A stretch of 55,534 nt of DNA from Alphaproteobacteria bacterium MarineAlpha5_Bin7 (GTDB lineage: Bacteria; Pseudomonadota; Alphaproteobacteria; HIMB59; GCA-002718135), in the NCBI GenBank assembly GCA_002938195.1, contig PTKX01000006.1:1-55534 (forward strand). The letters run 5' to 3'. Below are positions 35,205 to 44,304 of this stretch, in pieces. The first letter of the stretch is position 1. Each line of letters opens with the position of its first letter. A program made the translations under genes and the position numbers. The notes beneath the pieces are model-generated. The model had not been told where the DNA came from. It worked only from the letters and a program-made list of their open reading frames with translations, and ran no database searches.

Positions 35205-35950
35205 ATAATTTTATTCAAAAAGATTTATCTCCTACTTTTAACGAAATAGTTAACCCAAGAATTGGCGTTATAACTCTTTCAACAGATTTTACTATAGAAC
35301 AAGATTTTAGAAAGGTATGTCATGGTATTGATTTAGATATCTTCTTTAATAGAATACCTTTTAACAACCCATTAAATCATGAAAATTATCTAAAGATGGC
35401 TGAACATATTCCAGAGATAACAGAACAAATATTACCTAAACAAAAAGTGGATGTAATAGCATATGGCTGTACTTCAGGAACAATTGCAATTGGAGAAGAG
35501 TTTATAACAAGTCAGATACATAAAAAAAAACCAGGTGCCTTGGTTACTACGCCGATAACTGCTGCATTAAAAGCATTTAAAAAATTAAATTTAAAAAAAA
35601 TTGCTGTTTTGACACCTTATCCTACAAACGTCAATTTAACTGTCTTTAATTATTTGGAGCAAAACAATTTAGAAGTAGATTCATTTAATTCTTTTAATTT
35701 GAATTATGACTCAGAAATTGCAAAAGTAAGTCCTGCAAGTCTTTTGGATGGTATTGATAAAATCAATCTAGAAAATGTTGATGGTCTGTTTGTTTCGTGT
35801 ACAGCTCTCAAAATATTAGAAATACTTGAAAAAGTTGAACAAAAATTCAATACTACAGTCATCTCTAGCAACCAGGCAATAATATGGGATTGTTTAAGAC
35901 TTTCAAATATCAATAACAAAATAAATGGTTATGGTAAATTGTTTCAATAA
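35201..35950 (+). CDS. eutA: EutA-like Asp/Glu racemase / maleate isomerase family protein
   Basis: RIGVITLSTD..IEQDF, YGCTSG, LTPY, FVSCTAL, SSNQA; adjacent to eutB and eutC. Confidence 0.8.
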   Translation: MNNFIQKDLSPTFNEIVNPRIGVITLSTDFTIEQDFRKVCHGIDLDIFFNRIPFNNPLNHENYLKMAEHIPEITEQILPKQKVDVIAYGCTSGTIAIGEEFITSQIHKKKPGALVTTPITAALKAFKKLNLKKIAVLTPYPTNVNLTVFNYLEQNNLEVDSFNSFNLNYDSEIAKVSPASLLDGIDKINLENVDGLFVSCTALKILEILEKVEQKFNTTVISSNQAIIWDCLRLSNINNKINGYGKLFQ

Positions 35951-35961
35951 AATTTAATATA

Positions 35962-36912
35962 ATGATCTCATTGGATAGAATTAAAGAAGCGCACAAAAAA
36001 ATTATACCTTATATCAATCATACTCCATTGATACATTCTGATTTTTTGTCTCAAAATAGAAATGTTAGATTAAAATTAGAATCACTTCAAAAAACTGGAT
36101 CTTTTAAATTACGGGGAGCATTAAATAAATTATTATCACTTTCAGATGAACAAAAAGATCGGGGGGTTATAGCTGTTTCTACAGGAAATCATGGTAAAGG
36201 TGTGGCCTATGCTTCCAGTTTATTGGGAATTAAATCCACTATATACATGTCATCTATGGTTCCAAAATATAGGAAAGAGGCAATTCAAGCTTTGGGAGCC
36301 AATGTTGAGATTGTAGGAAAAAATAGTGATGAAGCTGATTTATATGCAAAAAAAATATCTATAAAAGAAAATATTAAACTTATACATCCTTTTGATGATG
36401 AAGATATAATTGCAGGACAGGGAACAATAGGTTTAGAAATGATTAAAGATTTTCCTGATGTAGACACTGTAATTATACCTACATCTGGCGGAGGTTTGAT
36501 AGGAGGAATTGCTTTGGCTTTAAAATTACAAAAACCTAATATTAAAGTTATTGGAGTCTCTATGAAAAGAGGGCCTTCTATGTATGAAAGTTTAAAACTT
36601 GGAAAACCTGTTGATGTTGAAGAATTAGAAACTTTGGCTGATTGTTTAGGAGGAAGTATAGGGCAAGATAACAAGTATACCTTTAATATTGTCAAAAAAA
36701 CAATAGATGATTTTGTTTTAGTTGATGAAGATAAAATAGCAGAGGGTATCAAGTTAAATTTCTTGGAACATAAATTAGTAACTGAAGGCGCAGCCGCAAC
36801 CAGCATTATGGCAGTAAAAGAGAATTTATCCACACATATAGGAGAAAATGTTATTTGTTTGATTTGCGGAGGTAATATTGAATCTAAATTATTTACAAAA
36901 TTAGTTTCATGA
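35962..36912 (+). CDS. eutB: EutB-like PLP dehydratase (threonine dehydratase family)
   Basis: GSFKLRGA (PLP Lys), STGNHG, SGGGL, TLADCLGG; no ACT domain. Confidence 0.82.
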   Translation: MISLDRIKEAHKKIIPYINHTPLIHSDFLSQNRNVRLKLESLQKTGSFKLRGALNKLLSLSDEQKDRGVIAVSTGNHGKGVAYASSLLGIKSTIYMSSMVPKYRKEAIQALGANVEIVGKNSDEADLYAKKISIKENIKLIHPFDDEDIIAGQGTIGLEMIKDFPDVDTVIIPTSGGGLIGGIALALKLQKPNIKVIGVSMKRGPSMYESLKLGKPVDVEELETLADCLGGSIGQDNKYTFNIVKKTIDDFVLVDEDKIAEGIKLNFLEHKLVTEGAAATSIMAVKENLSTHIGENVICLICGGNIESKLFTKLVS

Positions 36913-37889
36913 CAGTTATTTTAAGTTTAGATGAAATCAAAAAATGTATAGGTTTGGATAAACAACTTATACCTATAATTGAAGAGGCATTTAAAAATTT
37001 AGCTCAGGATAAAGTATCTATGCCACCTATTTTACGCCTTGATATAGAAGAATATCATGGGGAGTCTGATGTAAAGGCTGCATATATTCAAGGTTTGGAC
37101 AGTTATGCTATAAAAGTAGCATCTGGTTTTTTTAACAATCCAAAAATTGGCCTTCCTTCTAGCAATGGATTAATGATTTTATTAGACTCAAAAACTGGCG
37201 TTATAAAATCAATTTTATTGGATAAGGGATACTTGACTGATATTCGTACAGCAATCGCTGGAGCCATAGCAGCAAAATATTTATCAAATCCTGATTCTAA
37301 AAAAGTAGGAATAATAGGGGCGGGAATACAGGCTAAATTACAACTTGAAGCATTATCTTTAGTTAGAAATATAGATACAGCATTTATATGGGCAAGAAAA
37401 AAAGATAAGGTTTCTGAATTTATAGCAGATATTAAGAAGCTAAATATAAATATTCAAGCATGTCTTTTACCAGAAGAAGTAGTAAATCAATGTGAAATTC
37501 TTGTTACAACAACGCCCAGCAAATCTCCTTTAATAAAAAATGAATGGTTAAAGAAAGGTCTGCACATAACAGCAATGGGTTCTGATGCTGAACAAAAGAA
37601 TGAATTAGATCCTCTTATCATTAAGGATTGTGATCTCTATATTCCTGATAGTTTGTCTCAAACAAAAATATTAGGTGAATTAAATCATGCAATAAAAAAT
37701 AATCTTGTTTCGTCTAATCAGAATTATAATGAACTTGGAGAAGTTATTCTTGATCCTAGCTTAGGAAGAAAAAGAAAAGAAGATATAACTGTATGTGACT
37801 TGACTGGTACTGGAGTTCAAGATACTGCTATAGCAAGACAAACATATGAAATAGCTATGCATTTAAAATTAGGAACAAGTGTTGATTAA
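36909..37889 (+). CDS. eutC: EutC-like cyclodeaminase (ornithine cyclodeaminase/mu-crystallin family)
   Basis: MPPILRLDI, GFFNNPKIGLPS, LTDIRTA, GAGIQA, DLTGTGVQD. Confidence 0.88.
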   Translation: MTVILSLDEIKKCIGLDKQLIPIIEEAFKNLAQDKVSMPPILRLDIEEYHGESDVKAAYIQGLDSYAIKVASGFFNNPKIGLPSSNGLMILLDSKTGVIKSILLDKGYLTDIRTAIAGAIAAKYLSNPDSKKVGIIGAGIQAKLQLEALSLVRNIDTAFIWARKKDKVSEFIADIKKLNINIQACLLPEEVVNQCEILVTTTPSKSPLIKNEWLKKGLHITAMGSDAEQKNELDPLIIKDCDLYIPDSLSQTKILGELNHAIKNNLVSSNQNYNELGEVILDPSLGRKRKEDITVCDLTGTGVQDTAIARQTYEIAMHLKLGTSVD

Positions 37890-37892
37890 GTT

Positions 37893-39335
37893 ATGAATGA
37901 ATCAATTATTAATAAAACATCTGAATATTTTAAAAAAAATGGTGTAGTTTTGCCTACTATCTCAGAACTTTGCGAACCTCATTCAATAAATGAAGAAATA
38001 AAAAATAAACTAAAATCCGTCAATAAGAATGAAATCAATCCTTTAAATTTATTTAGAGTACATTGGTATAATAATTTAAATCATTCAGGTTTTTCAAAAG
38101 TACCTGAACATATTGTGCTACCAAGTGAATTTACTGGAGTGGAAGCAAAGATAATTATTAATATTGGAAGATTATTTCCATTAATAACTGCACATAAAGT
38201 GCTTGCAGCTTATGGATGTTTATTACCAAGAATTTTAAATGGTACATTTGATTATGAAAATCATAAAGCTGTTTGGCCCTCAACTGGTAATTATTGTAGA
38301 GGAGGAGTCGCTATTTCAAGGATACTTGGATTTAAAAGTGTTGCAATTTTACCTGAAGGAATGAGTAGAGAACGTTTTAACTGGTTAGAAAAATGGGTTG
38401 AGGATAAAAATGATATAATTAAAACAGCTGGCACAGAAAGTAATGTTAAGGAAATATATGATGCTTGCAACCAATTACAAAAAGACTCAAAAAATGATAT
38501 TATAAATCAATTTGATGAATATTATAATTATGCTATTCATCGTGCAGTAACAGGACCTTCTTTTGAAAAATCTTTTTTAGAAGTAAAAGGTGACTCAAAT
38601 TTAAAACCAAGATTTTATGTTAGCGCCTCAGGATCAAGTGGAACACTTGCAGCTGGAGATTATTTAAAAGATAGACTAAATACTAAAATTGCTGTTGTTG
38701 AGGCAAAAGAATGTCCAACTTTGCTTTACAATGGCTATGGAGAACATAATATTCAAGGCATTGGTGACAAACACGTCCCATTAATTCATAATGTAATGAA
38801 TACTGATTTTGTTGTAGGCGTTTCTGATCAAGCCACAAATAATCTCAATATGATTTTTAACACAGATGAAGGTCAAAAATTTTTAATATCAAAAAAAGGT
38901 TTTGATATTAAATTTATTAACAGATTACCAGAATTTGGTTTCTCAGCTATTGCGAACATACTTGCTTCTATTAAATTAGCAAAATATATGAAATTAGGAC
39001 CTGATGATGCAATAATTACTGTAGCAACTGATGGTGCTGATTTATATTTTTCTGAATTAGAAAAAACAAAAAAAGAATTCCAAGGTATTTATGATGAAAT
39101 TGCATGCTCAGAAATATACGGTCAATATCTTAATGGCATTGCAATTGATGATACTTTAGAGCTTAATCAAAAAGACAAAGAAAGAATCTTCAATCTTGGA
39201 TACTATACTTGGGTAGAGCAACAAGGAGTAGATATTAATGATTTTGAAAAAAGAAGAAATATAAATTTTTGGAATGAACACTATAATTATATGCTTTCTC
39301 TTGATAATCAAATTAAAGAATTTAATAGTATTTAA
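37893..39335 (+). CDS. Uncharacterised PLP-dependent enzyme, fold type II
   Basis: AHKV (Schiff-base Lys), PSTGNY, SGSSGT phosphate loop, HNIQGIG; long N- and C-terminal extensions. Confidence 0.8.
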   Translation: MNESIINKTSEYFKKNGVVLPTISELCEPHSINEEIKNKLKSVNKNEINPLNLFRVHWYNNLNHSGFSKVPEHIVLPSEFTGVEAKIIINIGRLFPLITAHKVLAAYGCLLPRILNGTFDYENHKAVWPSTGNYCRGGVAISRILGFKSVAILPEGMSRERFNWLEKWVEDKNDIIKTAGTESNVKEIYDACNQLQKDSKNDIINQFDEYYNYAIHRAVTGPSFEKSFLEVKGDSNLKPRFYVSASGSSGTLAAGDYLKDRLNTKIAVVEAKECPTLLYNGYGEHNIQGIGDKHVPLIHNVMNTDFVVGVSDQATNNLNMIFNTDEGQKFLISKKGFDIKFINRLPEFGFSAIANILASIKLAKYMKLGPDDAIITVATDGADLYFSELEKTKKEFQGIYDEIACSEIYGQYLNGIAIDDTLELNQKDKERIFNLGYYTWVEQQGVDINDFEKRRNINFWNEHYNYMLSLDNQIKEFNSI

Positions 39336-39340
39336 CTTAA

Positions 39341-40495
39341 ATGAAGACAAAGAGTTTACATAATAAATTAGTAGAGTGGAGACATGATTTACACATGAAT
39401 CCACAAATAAGTTTTGAAGAAGAATATGCTTCGAATAAAGTAGCAAACTTATTAAAAGAATTTGGAATTGTGGTACATCCAGGTATAGCAAAAACTGGAG
39501 TAGTTGGAGTTTTAAAGAAAGGTAAAGGTAATAAGAGTATTGGCATTAGGGCAGATATAGACGCTTTACCAATTAATGAGAAAAATACATTTTCTTATAA
39601 ATCAAAAATTGAAAACAGAATGCATGCTTGTGGTCATGATGGACATACGACAATGTTACTTGGCGCTGCAAAATATTTAGCAGAGAATAGTAATTTTGAT
39701 GGAACTATTTATTTTATTTTTCAACCAGATGAAGAAAATTGTTTTGGCGCTAAAACAATGATTGAGGAAGGTTTATTCAGTAATTTTTCAATAGATGAAG
39801 TATATGCGATGCACAATATTCCAAATATGGAGTTAGGTTCATTTGGCACGCGTAAAGGAGCAATAACTGCTAGCGAAAATTTATTTGAAATCAATATTCA
39901 AGCAAAGGGTGGTCATGCGGCTTTACCACACATGGGGGTCGATGCAATAACTGTTGGCTCGCAAGTAGCTATAGCATTACAATCAATAGTTTCAAGAAAA
40001 CTCAATCCTGCAGATAATGGCATTGTTTCTATTACTGAATTTATTACTGATGGAAAAAAAAATGTATTACCTGGCAAAGTAAAAATAACAGGAGATGCCC
40101 GAGCTTTATCAAAAACAACTAACGAGATGATCGAAAAAAATATGAAACAGATTGTTAAAGGTGTATGTGAAGCTCATGAAGTTTCTTATGATGTAACATA
40201 TAAAACTTCTTGTCCAATAACTTTAAATGATTCAGAGCAGGCAGAATCAGCGACAAAGGCAGCAAAATCTTTACTAGGAGAGAAAAAAACTAATGGAAAT
40301 ATTGAACCAAGATTATTTTCTGAAGATTTTTCCATAATGTCTGCTGAAAAACCTGGATGTTTTGTTTTGATGGGCAATGGAACAAAAGGCTCTAATGCAA
40401 AACCATTGCATGCAGCAGATTATGACTTTAATGATGAATTATTGGTAATAGGTTCCTCTTATTGGGTGGAATTGGCAGAACAACAATTAAAATAA
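39341..40495 (+). CDS. M20D aminoacylase/hippurate hydrolase-like amidohydrolase
   Basis: RADIDALPI, MHACGHDGH, QPDEE, GGHAA.PH, SEDF, LH. Confidence 0.92.
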   Translation: MKTKSLHNKLVEWRHDLHMNPQISFEEEYASNKVANLLKEFGIVVHPGIAKTGVVGVLKKGKGNKSIGIRADIDALPINEKNTFSYKSKIENRMHACGHDGHTTMLLGAAKYLAENSNFDGTIYFIFQPDEENCFGAKTMIEEGLFSNFSIDEVYAMHNIPNMELGSFGTRKGAITASENLFEINIQAKGGHAALPHMGVDAITVGSQVAIALQSIVSRKLNPADNGIVSITEFITDGKKNVLPGKVKITGDARALSKTTNEMIEKNMKQIVKGVCEAHEVSYDVTYKTSCPITLNDSEQAESATKAAKSLLGEKKTNGNIEPRLFSEDFSIMSAEKPGCFVLMGNGTKGSNAKPLHAADYDFNDELLVIGSSYWVELAEQQLK

Positions 40496-40516
40496 TATTA
40501 TTATAAGAGAAATTTA

Positions 40517-41665
40517 ATGTTTAAGAAAAATTTACTTAAATTACAAAATAGTATGAAAGAAAATAACATTGACCTCGCAATAATAACAGATGATGATTCT
40601 TTATATTATTTTACTGGATATTATAATTTTCTTCACATGGATTTTTTTCGTCCCACAATATTACTTGTTCCTAAAGATGATGAAAGCACTTTAATTACCC
40701 CTTTATTAGACGTTCTTTTAATAGAAAAGGATTGTCCGATTAAAAAAATTAAAACTTGGAATGATGGCATAGGCAATGAATGGAGAGAATATTTGCCTAA
40801 ATTTATAAAAGAAAACAAAAAAATAGCATGTGAAAAATTTAAGATTAACGCTACTGTTAGTAATTATTTAAACGATTTACTTAGTGGCAAAGATTTAAAA
40901 GATATAACGCCTATAATAAGCAATATTCGAATGATAAAATCTGAAGAGGAGTTAAAAATTGCAAGACATGCAGGTGAGGTAGCTTTGGCTATGATGGAGG
41001 GTGGCAAAAAGGCTTTAGGTCATAATGTACCTGAGTATGAAGTTGCTATCGCAACATCTCAAGCTGGAACTAGAAAAGCTGCAGAACTTTTGGAAAAACA
41101 TTATGATAATAAGACTATGTCTCCTAATATTCATTTTTTGCAAGTTATGTCTTCAGGCCATGATTTACCAAAAACTCATCATCGTGCTTCAACAAAATTA
41201 ATTAAAAAAGGAGACCCAGTATTTCTTTGCTTTTGCGGATCTACAAATTTTCATAGATTTAAATTGGGATTTGATCGTGTTTTTTGGATCGAAGAAGTTA
41301 GAGAAGACTCGCAAATAAAAGCATTCGAAGTCGCTGTAAAATCTCAAAAAGCAGCACTTAGTGTACTTCGACCAGGAATAACCGCAGAAGAAGTGCATGA
41401 AGCTTATGCAGAGACTATACAAGAAGAAGGTTATCCTTATCCAACTTTTCGCTGTGGCCGTGCTACAGGTTTTAGTGTTTTAGAAGAGCCACAATTGATT
41501 GTTGGAAATAAAACTATATTGCAGCCAGGAATGGTTTTTGCAGTAGATGGAGGAGCAAGTACCGATAATTTTAGAGCTCAAGTTGGAGATAGTTTTATTA
41601 TTACAGAAAATGGTTATGAACAAATTACTCATCATTCCAAAGAGATTAAAGATTTAATTGTTTGA
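40517..41665 (+). CDS. M24-fold (creatinase/prolidase-like) hydrolase with degenerate metal site
   Basis: Creatinase N domain (YYFTGY), RMIKSEEEL, LRPG, LQPGMVF, ITENGYEQIT. Confidence 0.82.
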   Translation: MFKKNLLKLQNSMKENNIDLAIITDDDSLYYFTGYYNFLHMDFFRPTILLVPKDDESTLITPLLDVLLIEKDCPIKKIKTWNDGIGNEWREYLPKFIKENKKIACEKFKINATVSNYLNDLLSGKDLKDITPIISNIRMIKSEEELKIARHAGEVALAMMEGGKKALGHNVPEYEVAIATSQAGTRKAAELLEKHYDNKTMSPNIHFLQVMSSGHDLPKTHHRASTKLIKKGDPVFLCFCGSTNFHRFKLGFDRVFWIEEVREDSQIKAFEVAVKSQKAALSVLRPGITAEEVHEAYAETIQEEGYPYPTFRCGRATGFSVLEEPQLIVGNKTILQPGMVFAVDGGASTDNFRAQVGDSFIITENGYEQITHHSKEIKDLIV

Positions 41666-41668
41666 TTA

Positions 41669-42694
41669 ATGCAAAATATAAAAGTTTATAACGCACATTG
41701 TTGTGGTGAAATCGGTGATGTTGTCATAGGAATGGAAAATTTTGATTTTAAATCACCAAAAGAAGGGTCGGCACATTTATTCAAAGATAAATCTTGGAGA
41801 AATTTTTTTTTAAATGAACCTAGAGGCGGAGTATTTAAACATTGTAATATAATTGTAAAACCTTCAGATCCAGATGCTGATGCGGGATTTATTATTTTAG
41901 AGCCCGAAGATAACCCTCCTATGAGTGGTTCAAACACTATATGTGTCACAACCGTTTTGCTTGAAAAAAAAATATTAAAAATGCAATATCCTTTTACTTC
42001 ATTAACTCTTGAGGTTCCAGGGGGATTGATTAAAGTTATTGCAGAATGTGAAAATAACAAAGTAAAGAATGTTTCTTTGACTAATTTACCTTCTTTCGTT
42101 GATAAAGTTGATGTTACTCTTAAAACTTCAAATTATGGCAACATAATTGTTAGTACCGCTTATGGAGGCGATAGCTTTTTGCTATGCGAAGCAAGAGATT
42201 TTAATTTGGAAATAGAACCAAAAAATGCTAAAAATTTTGTAAATATTGCTGATGAACTATTAAATGAAGCTAATAAACAAATTGGATTTCAACACCCTAG
42301 TATTTCAGAATTAAATTATATTTCTTTTTGTCAATTTATGGATCCATTAAAAATTGACAATCAAGGAAATAAAAATGCAAAAAATACCGTTGTCATAAGA
42401 CCAGGCAAATTAGACAGGTCGCCTTGTGGCACAGGAACATCAGCAAGATTAGCATTGCTAAGAAATAAAAATGAAATTAAAATTGGAGAAAAAATAATAT
42501 CTCAATCAATTATTGGATCTACTTTTGAAGCATTTATTGAAGATGAAATTATTGAATCGTTAAGTGCTATGATCAAACCTAACATTAAAGGTAGTGCTTA
42601 TATAACCGGAGAACAAATTCTCTATAAAAATGACGATGATCCCTTTCCAGAAGGATACAAAATAAATGATACATGGCCAGATAGTCACAAATAA
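41669..42694 (+). CDS. Proline racemase superfamily protein, Ser-Cys type
   Basis: HCCGE, NEPRGG, MSGSN (S86), AYGG, DRSPCGTG (C253). Confidence 0.9.
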   Translation: MQNIKVYNAHCCGEIGDVVIGMENFDFKSPKEGSAHLFKDKSWRNFFLNEPRGGVFKHCNIIVKPSDPDADAGFIILEPEDNPPMSGSNTICVTTVLLEKKILKMQYPFTSLTLEVPGGLIKVIAECENNKVKNVSLTNLPSFVDKVDVTLKTSNYGNIIVSTAYGGDSFLLCEARDFNLEIEPKNAKNFVNIADELLNEANKQIGFQHPSISELNYISFCQFMDPLKIDNQGNKNAKNTVVIRPGKLDRSPCGTGTSARLALLRNKNEIKIGEKIISQSIIGSTFEAFIEDEIIESLSAMIKPNIKGSAYITGEQILYKNDDDPFPEGYKINDTWPDSHK

Positions 42695-42741
42695 ATATTG
42701 TTATATTTGCTTATTTTTTTGAATAAATATAGAAGAAGGTT

Positions 42742-44007
42742 ATGACAAGATTTAATGCCTGGAATGTAATTAAAAATGGATTAAATGACCAAACTGGTTG
42801 GGATAGGCAATGGAGAGATCCAGAACCCAAAAAAGAGTATGAGATTGTCATTGTAGGCGGTGGCATACATGGTTTAGCAACTTCTTATTATCTAGCAAAA
42901 AACTTCAATATTAAAAATATTGCAGTTCTTGAAAAAGGTTGGATAGGAGGTGGCAATGCAGGAAGAAACACAACTATTATACGATCTAATTATATGATGC
43001 CAGGTAGTCATCAATTTTATGAGCATTCATTAAAGTTATGGGAAAACTTGAGTCATGATTTAAATTATAATGTAATGTTTAGCCAAAGAGCGCATGTATC
43101 ACTTTTTCATAGCCCTCCTGCTAGAGATGTTGCCGCAAGAAGATATAACATTATGAAACTTCATGGCACTGATGCAGAACTATGGGATATTAATAAGCTG
43201 AAAAAAAATATACCATATTTAAATTATCATAATGCAAGATTCCCAATACTAGGAGCAGCAGTTCAAAATAGAGCTGGAAATGCTAGACATGACGCAGTTG
43301 TTTGGGGATATGCAAGGGCAGCAGATCAATTAGGAGTAGATATTCTTCAAAACTGCGAAGTGACTAACATTTTAAGAACAAATAGCAATATAGATGGATT
43401 AGAAACAACAAGAGGAATTATAAAAGCTAAAAAAATTGGCTTTGCTGTTGCAGGTAACACATCAAGACTCTGGGAAATGACGGGTCTTGGAAATCTCCCA
43501 ATTGAGTCTCATAAACTACAAGCATTTGTTACTGAGTCAATTAAGCCATTAATAGATCAAGTTATCGTATATGGAGTTGGCGGCGCACATTTTTATATAT
43601 CACAATCTGATAAGGGTAGTTTAGTTTTTGGAGGTGATCTTGATTGGTACAAATCTTATGCACAAAGAGGTAATTTACCAATAGTTCAAGATTGTGCAGA
43701 GGCAGCAATGGCAATTCTTCCTTGTTTAGGAAGGATTAGAATAGTCAGGCATTGGGCTGGTGTATGTGACATGTCTATGGACGGAACTTTTTTTATTTGC
43801 AATACTCCTATAAAGAATTTGTTTTTAAATGCTGGCTGGAACTACGGTGGATTCAAGGCTGGTCCAGCTTCTGGATGGTATTTTGCAGATTTAATTGCTA
43901 ATGAACAACCTAATCAAATCATCAAAAATCATAATCTAGAACGTTTTGAAAAAGGTATTAACTTAGATGAGCGAGGAGCTGGACCTGATCCTAAATTACA
44001 TGGATAA
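42742..44007 (+). CDS. soxB: Heterotetrameric sarcosine oxidase family, beta subunit
   Basis: IVGGGIHG FAD motif, GRNTTIIRSNY, ARHDAV, GW.YGGFK. Confidence 0.92.
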   Translation: MTRFNAWNVIKNGLNDQTGWDRQWRDPEPKKEYEIVIVGGGIHGLATSYYLAKNFNIKNIAVLEKGWIGGGNAGRNTTIIRSNYMMPGSHQFYEHSLKLWENLSHDLNYNVMFSQRAHVSLFHSPPARDVAARRYNIMKLHGTDAELWDINKLKKNIPYLNYHNARFPILGAAVQNRAGNARHDAVVWGYARAADQLGVDILQNCEVTNILRTNSNIDGLETTRGIIKAKKIGFAVAGNTSRLWEMTGLGNLPIESHKLQAFVTESIKPLIDQVIVYGVGGAHFYISQSDKGSLVFGGDLDWYKSYAQRGNLPIVQDCAEAAMAILPCLGRIRIVRHWAGVCDMSMDGTFFICNTPIKNLFLNAGWNYGGFKAGPASGWYFADLIANEQPNQIIKNHNLERFEKGINLDERGAGPDPKLHG

Positions 44008-44013
44008 TATAAT

Positions 44014-44304
44014 ATGATTAGAATTAAATGTCCTTATTGTGGAGAAAGAGATCATAGCGAATTTACCTATGGAAGTGACGCATCTATAGAATATCCAAAT
44101 CTAGAATCCAATGCAAAAGATTGGACTGAAGCTATTTTTTTTAGAAAAAATATTTATGGCAAACAAATAGAGACATGGCATCATACTAATGGTTGCAGAT
44201 TATGGTTAATCATTGAAAGATGTACAATAACTCATAAAATTTTTTCTATTAAACCTGCCCATCCAGAAATACACAAATTACTTAAAAATCAAAATAATAT
44301 ATGA
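44014..44304 (+). CDS. soxD: Sarcosine oxidase family, delta subunit
   Basis: CPYCGER...EF and WHHTNGCRLW Zn ligands. Confidence 0.92.
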   Translation: MIRIKCPYCGERDHSEFTYGSDASIEYPNLESNAKDWTEAIFFRKNIYGKQIETWHHTNGCRLWLIIERCTITHKIFSIKPAHPEIHKLLKNQNNI

